From assembly GCA_030151565.1 (NCBI GenBank), contig JASLDM010000060.1, forward strand, positions 13,207-77,206: a stretch of DNA of 64,000 nt. Reading direction: 5' to 3'. Source of the stretch: Flavobacterium sp. (lineage in GTDB: Bacteria; Bacteroidota; Bacteroidia; Flavobacteriales; Flavobacteriaceae). Numbering within the stretch: position 1 is the first letter of the stretch; the number at the start of each line of letters is the position of its first letter. Below the pieces are notes generated by a model. The model did no database searches and was not told the origin of the DNA. It saw only the letters and a program-made list of their open reading frames with translations. A program made the translations under genes and the position numbers. This document shows positions 8,925 to 16,923 of the stretch, piece by piece.

Positions 8925-9404
8925 GCTACATTTGTTCGCAATTGCCTCGTATGTGTCTCGTAATTACTACACCAAAAAGTCATTTTTGCGAAACAATTAC
9001 GACTTAATTAGGACCTAAATTGAGATTTATAGTTTTATAAGTCCTTTATTCATAGTGTTTTGGCTGAATAAAGTGAGTTTTGAAATAAGCTTTTATTTTT
9101 TTTGAGGTTGTTTTTTGAATGAATAAAAAGGAAGATTCTTTTGCTTGTGCATCTGATAATTAGCATCTGATTTTCTTGACTATTGTCTAATAATGTAAAA
9201 ACCTCACTTTTTATTAGTTGCTTTATTTTTAGTTTCAAGTGTTTTTTATTCAAACTTTTTTAATGGCATAGTGATTGCCTAATAGTAAGTAGCAAAAATT
9301 AAAAGAAAGTTAATCGGCATTGATAGACAGTTACTTATGTTTTTAAAAGAAATATAGAAGACTCTTTTTTACAATGTTGATGACAAAATGACTTAAAAAA
9401 TACT

Positions 9405-11867
9405 ATGGCGAATCAAAAAATAATAACATTAGACAATTTGTCACTTCAAGATATTGATGAAGACTCAGAATTCATTCCACTTTTATCTTCAGAAGAAGAG
9501 GAAGAAATGAATAACGAGGAGCTTCCTGCAGAGTTACCAATATTAGCTTTGCGTAATATGGTGCTTTTTCCTGGAGTTGTAATACCGATTACCGCGGGTC
9601 GCGATAAATCCATAAAATTGTTACATGATGCTTATCATTCCGACAAAACTATTGGAGTAGTGGCTCAAATAGATGAGAGTGTTGAAGATCCAACTGCAGA
9701 AGAAATCTATCATACAGGAACAGTTGCTAAGATTTTAAGAGTTTTAAAGTTACCTGACGGAAATGTTACGGTGATACTTCAAGGGAAAAAGCGTTTTGAG
9801 ATTCAGAACATGATTACCGATGAGCCTTACTTTAAAGCAGAAATCAAAGAATTGGTTGAAACACGTCCTGAAAAAGAGGACTCAGAATTTTCTGTTCTTG
9901 TAGAATCTATAAAGGAGGCAGCAATTGAGATCATCAAAGAAAGTCCAAATATTCCAACTGAGGCTTCTTTAGCTATTGAAAATATTGAAACAGATTCTTT
10001 TTTAGTGAATTTTGTTTCGTCTAATATGAATTTGACTGTTCAAGAGAAACAAGCTTTACTCTTGATAAATGATTTGCGTGATCGTGCATTTGAAACATTA
10101 AAGATGATGAATATTGAGCTTCAGAAATTGGAGCTAAAAAATACGATTCAATCAAAAGTGCGCTTTGATCTAGATCAGCAACAGAAAGAATATTTCTTGC
10201 ACCAACAGATGAAGACCATTCAGGAAGAATTGGGAGGGTTTTCTAATGAGGAAGAGTTTGAAGAAATGCGCTTGAAAGCGGCTTCTAAAAAATGGGATGC
10301 CAAAGTAAAAGAGCGTTTTGACAAAGAACTTATGAAGTTTCAACGTATGAATCCTCAGGTTGCTGAGTTTTCTATTCAACGCAATTATCTAGAATTGTTG
10401 TTGGAGCTCCCTTGGAATACGTTTTCTGAAGATATTTTTGATCTTAAAAATGCTCAAAAAATATTAGATAAGGATCACTACGGAATTGAGGATGTAAAGA
10501 AACGTGTTTTGGAACATATTGCAGTTTTGAAATTGCGAAATGATCTGAAAGCACCGATATTATGTTTGTATGGGCCTCCGGGAATTGGTAAAACTTCTAT
10601 TGGGAAATCTATAGCAGATGCTTTAGGTAGAGAATATGTGCGTATTTCATTAGGAGGATTAAGAGATGAAGCAGAAATACGTGGACATAGAAAAACGTAT
10701 ATTGGAGCTATGCCAGGGCGTATTATTCAGAGTATTAAAAAAGCAAAAACGTCAAATCCGGTTTTCTTATTGGACGAGATTGATAAATTATCAACAAGTC
10801 ATAATGGAGATCCATCTTCGGCTTTATTAGAGGTTTTAGATCCTGAACAAAACCACGAGTTTTATGATAATTTCTTGGAAATGGGCTATGACTTGTCTAA
10901 AGTAATGTTTATCGCAACTTCTAATAGTTTATCAACGATTCAGCCAGCCTTATTGGATCGTATGGAAATCATTGAGATGAATGGATATACGATTGAGGAA
11001 AAAGTAGAAATTGGGAAACAACATTTGTTGCCTAAACAACTTAAAGAGCACGGATTAACCTCCAAAGAAGTTTCTGTAGGGAAACGTCAAATGGAGTTTA
11101 TTGTAACTAATTACACAAGAGAATCGGGAGTTCGTGGGTTAGGAAAAAAATTAGCACACATTGCTCGTGGAGTTGCAAAGTCTATTGTGATGGAGGAAGA
11201 GTATAATATTAAGCTTACTGAAGAAGATATTATTAAGATATTAGGTACACCAAGATATGAAAGTGACAAGTATGAAAACAATGAAGTAGCAGGAGTTGTT
11301 ACTGGATTGGCTTGGACGCGTGTAGGTGGAGATATTTTGTATATTGAGTCTATCGTTTCTAAAGGAAAAGGAAATTTGACTATTACAGGAAATCTTGGGA
11401 ACGTGATGAAAGAGTCTGCTACAATAGCCTTGGAGTATATTCGTGCACACGCAGAAGATTTGGGAATTGAGCCTGAAGTTTTGGAGCAGTATAAAATTCA
11501 TATTCACGTACCAGAGGGAGCAACACCAAAAGATGGTCCAAGTGCTGGAATTGCAATGCTAACTTCGATGGTTTCTTCTTTTACACAACGAAAAGTAAAG
11601 AAAAATTTAGCGATGACAGGTGAGATCACTTTACGAGGAAAAGTATTGCCTGTTGGCGGAATCAAAGAAAAAATTCTAGCAGCTAAAAGAGCCAATATCA
11701 AAGAAATTATTTTATGTAAAGAAAATAGAAAAGATATTGACGAAATTAAAGCAGATTATTTGAAAGGCTTAACATTTCATTTTGTAGAAAGAATGGAAGA
11801 AGTTTTGGAGCTAGCCTTGACAGATCAAAAGGTGAAGCAGGCTAAGAAATTTGAAGTTAAAAAATAG
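9405..11867 (+). CDS. lon: endopeptidase La (Lon protease, LonA)
   Basis: The 820-aa product has a LON N-domain, Walker A GPPGIGKT, Walker B VFLLDEIDK and the protease Ser motif KDGPSAG. Confidence 0.97.
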   Translation: MANQKIITLDNLSLQDIDEDSEFIPLLSSEEEEEMNNEELPAELPILALRNMVLFPGVVIPITAGRDKSIKLLHDAYHSDKTIGVVAQIDESVEDPTAEEIYHTGTVAKILRVLKLPDGNVTVILQGKKRFEIQNMITDEPYFKAEIKELVETRPEKEDSEFSVLVESIKEAAIEIIKESPNIPTEASLAIENIETDSFLVNFVSSNMNLTVQEKQALLLINDLRDRAFETLKMMNIELQKLELKNTIQSKVRFDLDQQQKEYFLHQQMKTIQEELGGFSNEEEFEEMRLKAASKKWDAKVKERFDKELMKFQRMNPQVAEFSIQRNYLELLLELPWNTFSEDIFDLKNAQKILDKDHYGIEDVKKRVLEHIAVLKLRNDLKAPILCLYGPPGIGKTSIGKSIADALGREYVRISLGGLRDEAEIRGHRKTYIGAMPGRIIQSIKKAKTSNPVFLLDEIDKLSTSHNGDPSSALLEVLDPEQNHEFYDNFLEMGYDLSKVMFIATSNSLSTIQPALLDRMEIIEMNGYTIEEKVEIGKQHLLPKQLKEHGLTSKEVSVGKRQMEFIVTNYTRESGVRGLGKKLAHIARGVAKSIVMEEEYNIKLTEEDIIKILGTPRYESDKYENNEVAGVVTGLAWTRVGGDILYIESIVSKGKGNLTITGNLGNVMKESATIALEYIRAHAEDLGIEPEVLEQYKIHIHVPEGATPKDGPSAGIAMLTSMVSSFTQRKVKKNLAMTGEITLRGKVLPVGGIKEKILAAKRANIKEIILCKENRKDIDEIKADYLKGLTFHFVERMEEVLELALTDQKVKQAKKFEVKK

Positions 11868-11885
11868 CCTATAACAATTACAATT

Positions 11886-11921
11886 AAAAAAAGCACAGTG
11901 ATAATTGACACTGTGCTTTTT
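11886..11921 (+). terminator. intrinsic terminator after lon
   Basis: The stem AAGCACAGTG / CACTGTGCTT is followed by a T-run. Confidence 0.85.
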
Positions 11922-11996
11922 CTTTTTTCCCTTCTATTAGTTGTAAAAAAATAATATCTTAGCAGTCTAATGGAGGTCTCGCGTATTTAAAAATTG

Positions 11997-13010
11997 ATGA
12001 TAAAAAAAATAATATTTTTGCTTAGTTTTTCTTCACTTGGAGCATTCGCTCAAGTTGGGGGAGAATATACCTATCAGTTTTTAAATCTTACCGCAGCGCC
12101 GAGACAAGCTGCTTTAGGTGGTGTAAATATAACAAATAGAGACTCCGATGTAAATCAGGCTTTTCATAATCCAGCAGCCATCAATGAACAGATGGATATG
12201 CAGCTGGGCTTAAACTTTAGCCGTTATTTTGGAGCGCTGAATTATGGTTCGGCAGGATTTGTAAAATCATTTGATAGTCAAAAAAATATCTTTGTAGGGA
12301 TTAATTATCTTAATTATGGAACTTTAGAAGGGTATGATGAGTTTGGTTTTGAAACGGGGACTTTTACTGGAAATGAAGTCGCTTTAAATTTGGGGTATGC
12401 CTTTCATTTTACGCAATCTAATTGGCATTTTGGGGCAAATACAAAGTTCGTTTTTTCCAATTTAGAGTCTTACTCGTCTTTTGGAGTGGCTTTGGATTTA
12501 GGATTATTAAATGTAAATGAGGATAGCAATTTTACTTATGGATTTGTGGTTCGAAATTTAGGAGCGCAATTGAGCGCATATTCAGAAACACGTGAAAAAT
12601 TGCCTTTAGATATTGTATTCGCTTTATCAAAAAAACTCGAAAATGTTCCTTTGCGTTGGCACATCAGCTTGGATAATTTGCAAAAATGGGACTTGTCCTA
12701 TTCTAATTCCAATCGAGCAAGTACCGATTTAGATGGAGAGATAAGTGAAGAGAATGTGTCTTTTTTCAACAATGCATTGCGTCACGTGGTTTTGGGAATA
12801 GAGTTGTTTCCCGATCGAAATTTTAATTTAAGATTTGGATATAATTTTCAAAAAGGAGAAGAACTTCGCATTGTAGAACAACGTCATTTTTCTGGAATCA
12901 CTGCTGGATTTGGCTTTAAGGTTAAGAGATTTAAATTCGATTACTCGTATGCCAGACAAACAGTGGCAGCAAATACGAGTCTATTTGGATTATCAATAGA
13001 TTTAAAATAA
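11997..13010 (+). CDS. porQ: type IX secretion system membrane protein PorQ-like (PorP/SprF-related beta-barrel)
   Basis: It has a signal peptide. The N-terminal YQFLNLTAAPRQAALGG motif and the roughly 335-aa size match PorQ as I remember it. The neighbouring cmk is a common context. This call is from memory, not a search. Confidence 0.6.
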   Translation: MIKKIIFLLSFSSLGAFAQVGGEYTYQFLNLTAAPRQAALGGVNITNRDSDVNQAFHNPAAINEQMDMQLGLNFSRYFGALNYGSAGFVKSFDSQKNIFVGINYLNYGTLEGYDEFGFETGTFTGNEVALNLGYAFHFTQSNWHFGANTKFVFSNLESYSSFGVALDLGLLNVNEDSNFTYGFVVRNLGAQLSAYSETREKLPLDIVFALSKKLENVPLRWHISLDNLQKWDLSYSNSNRASTDLDGEISEENVSFFNNALRHVVLGIELFPDRNFNLRFGYNFQKGEELRIVEQRHFSGITAGFGFKVKRFKFDYSYARQTVAANTSLFGLSIDLK

Positions 13011-13029
13011 ATATATTAAATACAACATT

Positions 13030-13722
13030 TTGAAAAAAATAACAGTTGCCATTGACGGTTTTTCCTCTACTGGGAAAAGCACTTTGGCTAAGGAATTAGC
13101 AAAAAAACTTGGTTATGCATATATCGATACAGGGGCAATGTATCGAGCGGTAACCCTTTTTGCAATGCGAAAAGGATTTATTGATGCGAAGCATTTTGAC
13201 AAGGAACGTTTGATTGCGGATTTGTCAGAAATTGATTTACAATTTATCTACAATGCTCAAAAAGGATTTGCAGAAATGTATTTGAATCAGAATAATGTTG
13301 AAGAGATAATCCGCTCATTAGAAGTTTCCAATTTTGTAAGTCAAGTTGCAGCACTTTCTGAGGTTCGAAAAAAATTAGTAGAACAACAACAAAGTTTAGG
13401 ACGTGAAAAAGGAGTTGTAATGGATGGGCGTGATATTGGAACTGTTGTTTTTCCAGAGGCAGAACTTAAAATATTTATGACAGCTTCTGCGGAAATTCGC
13501 GCCGAGCGCCGATACAATGAATTGATTGAAAAAGGTCAAGAAGTTTGTTTAGAAGATGTTTTTAAAAATGTTGTTGAACGTGATGCAATTGATACAACTC
13601 GAAAAGATTCCCCACTTGTAAAAGCTGCTGATGCTATTGCGTTTGATAATTCTAATTTAAGTAAGGAAGAGCAATTTGAGCAAATTTTAAAAATGGCTCA
13701 AGATAAGATTACTGCGCAATAA
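13030..13722 (+). CDS. cmk: (d)CMP kinase
   Basis: The P-loop IAIDGFSSTGKST, AYIDTGAMYRA and the GRDIGTVVFP motif are present. It appears to use a TTG start. Confidence 0.9.
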   Translation: MKKITVAIDGFSSTGKSTLAKELAKKLGYAYIDTGAMYRAVTLFAMRKGFIDAKHFDKERLIADLSEIDLQFIYNAQKGFAEMYLNQNNVEEIIRSLEVSNFVSQVAALSEVRKKLVEQQQSLGREKGVVMDGRDIGTVVFPEAELKIFMTASAEIRAERRYNELIEKGQEVCLEDVFKNVVERDAIDTTRKDSPLVKAADAIAFDNSNLSKEEQFEQILKMAQDKITAQ

Positions 13723-13760
13723 AAAAATAAAACTAGATTACATATAATGTGATTAATCGG

Positions 13761-13768
13761 TACCTTTG
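13761..13768 (+). promoter_or_regulatory. Bacteroidota -7 box (TACCTTTG) for the nucleoside permease gene
   Basis: It matches TAnnTTTG. It lies 24 nt upstream of ATG 13793. Confidence 0.4.
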
Positions 13769-13792
13769 TCGCTTGTAAATACAATTAAAAAA

Positions 13793-15124
13793 ATGAGTAT
13801 AAAGAATAGGCTTATTATTATGAGCTTTCTGCAGTTTGCAGTTTGGGGAGCTTATCTGACTTCAATGGGTAATTATCTTGGATCAGTAGGGCTAGGGCCT
13901 AAGATCGGATTATTCTATGCGATGCAGGGAATTGTTTCTATATTTATGCCAGCAATAATGGGTATTGTTGCTGACCGTTGGATTGAAGCACAGCGATTAC
14001 TCGGAATCAACCATTTATTGGCTGCTATATTTATGATTGCCACAGGGTATTACGGGTATGTGGCAGGTGCTGATGTTTCTTTTTCAATTATCTTTACCTT
14101 GTATTCATTAAGTGTAGCTTTTTTTATGCCAACAATCGCGTTGTCAAATTCTACAGCTTATAGTTTACTTCAAAGGGAAGGATTGGATACCATTAGATAT
14201 TTTCCACCAATTCGGACGTTTGGAACGGTAGGATTTATTTTTTCCATGTTATTTGTTGATTTTGTTGGTTTTGAAAATGGCGTAATTAATACCGCTTTTA
14301 CTAAAGGAAGTATCGATACGTTTGTAAGTTTTCAAAACACGTACCACCAGTTTTTTGTATCAGCTGTTTTAGGAATTTTTCTATTCTTCTACAGTTTTAG
14401 CTTGCCAAGTTGCACCATTAAAAAATCGAAAGAAAAGAAAAGTATGTATGATGCATTAGGCTTGAAGGCTTTTTCTTTATTTAAGAATAAGCGTATGGCT
14501 ATTTTCTTTGTTTTTTCAATGTTATTGGGAGTTTCATTACAGATTACGAATGGATATGCAAATCCATTTATTACAAGTTTTAAGAAAGTGCCTGAATATG
14601 CAAATAGTTTTGGGGCTAATCACGCCAATGCGTTAATTTCTATTTCTCAGATTTCGGAAACATTTTGTATCCTTTTAATTCCTTTCTTTCTTAGACGTTT
14701 TGGAATTAAAAAAGTAATGTTGATGTCTATGTTTGCTTGGGTGCTTCGTTTTGGATTATTTGGACTTGGAGATCCAGGAAATGGTGTTTGGATGTTTATC
14801 CTTTCTATGTTGGTCTATGGTATCGCATTTGATTTCTTTAATGTTTCAGGATCGTTATTTGTGGATAATGAAACCGATGAGGATATTCGATCTAGCGCAC
14901 AGGGAGTGTTTATGATGATGACAAATGGTTTTGGAGCAACTATTGGAATGTTGGCAGCTCAATATGTGGTTAATCACTTTGTGTATAGTAAAACAGATAT
15001 TGTAGAACAAATGCACGGATGGTATTCCTCTTGGTTGGTTTTTGCTGCTTACTCTTTAGTTGTAGCTATCGTTTTTGCTATTGTATTTAAATACAAACAC
15101 AAACCTGAGGAAATTAATATATAA
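13793..15124 (+). CDS. nucleoside permease (NupG/XapB-type nucleoside:H+ symporter family MFS)
   Basis: The N-terminus NRLIIMSFLQFAVWGAYLTSMGNYL and the 12-TM layout fit the family. The TTG at 13766 is overlapped by a TACCTTTG -7 box (13761-13768), so ATG 13793 is preferred. Confidence 0.7.
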   Translation: MSIKNRLIIMSFLQFAVWGAYLTSMGNYLGSVGLGPKIGLFYAMQGIVSIFMPAIMGIVADRWIEAQRLLGINHLLAAIFMIATGYYGYVAGADVSFSIIFTLYSLSVAFFMPTIALSNSTAYSLLQREGLDTIRYFPPIRTFGTVGFIFSMLFVDFVGFENGVINTAFTKGSIDTFVSFQNTYHQFFVSAVLGIFLFFYSFSLPSCTIKKSKEKKSMYDALGLKAFSLFKNKRMAIFFVFSMLLGVSLQITNGYANPFITSFKKVPEYANSFGANHANALISISQISETFCILLIPFFLRRFGIKKVMLMSMFAWVLRFGLFGLGDPGNGVWMFILSMLVYGIAFDFFNVSGSLFVDNETDEDIRSSAQGVFMMMTNGFGATIGMLAAQYVVNHFVYSKTDIVEQMHGWYSSWLVFAAYSLVVAIVFAIVFKYKHKPEEINI

Positions 15125-15130
15125 GTTTAA

Positions 15131-15164
15131 AAAAAAACGGATTGCATAAGCAATCCGTTTTTTT
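15131..15164. terminator. bidirectional terminator between convergent genes
   Basis: The stem CGGATTGC / GCAATCCG is flanked by A7 and T7. Confidence 0.85.
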
Positions 15165-15184
15165 ATATAATATTGTCGTACTGT

Positions 15185-15583
15185 TTATTCATTCGTTCTG
15201 CTATATTCATTTTCAATGCCATTTATAATCAATAAAGAGCGATCTTCTTTGTCTTGCCATAAGATGGTGTCGTTTCCAAAATCAGCAGTGTTTAAGTATT
15301 GATTGATTTGCTTTAAAGTTATTGTTTCGTATTCTTTAGAGCTGCTTTGTAGTTTTACCAAAGGAATGCTATTCTGTGAAGAATACGTTGCTATAATCGT
15401 TTCTAAATCATTTTTAAAGTACTTTACTAACTCCTTACTATTCGTTGATAAACTCTTTTGGATTTGTTTTTCGGTTTTGACTGTATCTAAAGCAAGGTTG
15501 GTATTGTCTGTTTGCCAAGCTTGTTTTTTACAACTTATACAGAATGATATTATGCAGATACTAAGAAGAAAAGACTTTTTCAT
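15185..15583 (-). CDS. hypothetical lipoprotein
   Basis: The product is 132 aa with the lipobox ISFCISCKK. I recognise no family. Confidence 0.5.
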   Translation of the reverse strand: MKKSFLLSICIISFCISCKKQAWQTDNTNLALDTVKTEKQIQKSLSTNSKELVKYFKNDLETIIATYSSQNSIPLVKLQSSSKEYETITLKQINQYLNTADFGNDTILWQDKEDRSLLIINGIENEYSRTNE

Positions 15584-15647
15584 TACAAGATTGTTTCATA
15601 GATGTAAACAAAAATAAGACCAGACTTCTAAATAATTACAGTGAATT

Positions 15648-16883
15648 TTAAAATAAGATATGCGTAATGATATAAATAAGCAAACCAACTAAACCACCTA
15701 CTAATGTTCCGTTTATACGGATGAACTGTAAATCTTTACCTACTTCTAATTCTAGTTTTTGACTGAGTTCTTTACCATCCCAATGTGCGACCGTATTTTT
15801 AATTAAATGACCAACCTCTTTTGTGTTTTTTAATGCCATTTTATAAATAGCATGACGAATCCATAAGTTGATTTTGTCTTGTAGTGTTTTATCTTTTTGA
15901 AGATTTTGTTCAATAGCTTGAAGGTTTTGTCGAATATATGTTCTTAATACGGATTGTCTGTTTTCGAGTTGTTCTAGAAGTGTATCTTTTAATGAAATCC
16001 AAAAATCACTAACATAGCTCGCTATTTTTTCAGTTGTTATGAATTGAGAGAGAATGGACTGGAATTTTGTTTCCCAATGTGGTTCAGTAGCAATTGTTTT
16101 GCTCAATTCTAGTAAACGCTCCGTGAGCTCCTGCCTGATTTTATGATTTGGATTTTCAGCTACATCATCTAAAAAAGTAGTTATTCCCCCAATGAGTTGA
16201 TTGGTAACTGCTTTACCACCGATCAAGCCTAAGATAGGTTTTTTCTCTACCACCTTTTCATAAATAGCTTCTCGATTTTCATTTACATATTCTTGAGCTT
16301 TGGGGAGTATTAAGTCTATTAAATGATTGTGTTCTTCTTGTTCTACTGCATAGAGGATTCCTTGAGCGACAAATTGTTGAATTTCAATAGCGTTGATTCC
16401 TTCTTCTGCTTTTTGAGTTAAAAAGTTTGTAACAGTTTTCTCATCTAGGTTTATGACAATATTGTGAAGTAGCTTGCTAATCTCAATTTCGGTGGTTTCT
16501 TGATTCTTTGGAATCGCTAACCAACTGCCAATAAAGGAAGCTAGGTCGATTTTTTCAATATAAGGACGTATGTTTTCAGAAGTCAAGAAGTTTTCTGTAA
16601 CAAAGTCACCTAGATTATCTCCAATAGCATCTTTGCTGTTTTCTATAAGGTTAGTATGGGGTATTTTTAGCCCCATAGGGTATTTAAATAAAGCTGTAAC
16701 TGCAAACCAATCGGCAAGTGCTCCAACCATTGCCGCTTCAGAAAAAGCTTTCACATAAGGCATCCAATTTGCAGGATTATGTTTTTCGAAGTAAACCATT
16801 GTTGCATAAACTAGAGCCATTAATATAAATAGGCCTGTGGCGATGGCTTTATGTTTCTTAAGTTGTTTTTTCTTATCGGACAT
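15648..16883 (-). CDS. DUF445 family membrane protein
   Basis: The GALADWFAVTALFKYPMG...IPHTNLI motif is characteristic of DUF445/YjiN. I chose the start at MSDKKKQLKK (16883) because the longer track form would overlap the upstream gene. Confidence 0.7.
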   Translation of the reverse strand: MSDKKKQLKKHKAIATGLFILMALVYATMVYFEKHNPANWMPYVKAFSEAAMVGALADWFAVTALFKYPMGLKIPHTNLIENSKDAIGDNLGDFVTENFLTSENIRPYIEKIDLASFIGSWLAIPKNQETTEIEISKLLHNIVINLDEKTVTNFLTQKAEEGINAIEIQQFVAQGILYAVEQEEHNHLIDLILPKAQEYVNENREAIYEKVVEKKPILGLIGGKAVTNQLIGGITTFLDDVAENPNHKIRQELTERLLELSKTIATEPHWETKFQSILSQFITTEKIASYVSDFWISLKDTLLEQLENRQSVLRTYIRQNLQAIEQNLQKDKTLQDKINLWIRHAIYKMALKNTKEVGHLIKNTVAHWDGKELSQKLELEVGKDLQFIRINGTLVGGLVGLLIYIITHILF

Positions 16884-16923
16884 CTTATAATGTTTTAGTA
16901 TAAAGATAAGGAAAAGTAATCTT

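Noticed and set aside
9050-9253. A 67-aa Lys/Asn/Leu-rich ORF in the long spacer upstream of lon.
   Set aside because: Its composition is typical of random AT-rich sequence. It has no -7 box, no terminator and no recognisable motif. The region is reported as noncoding instead.
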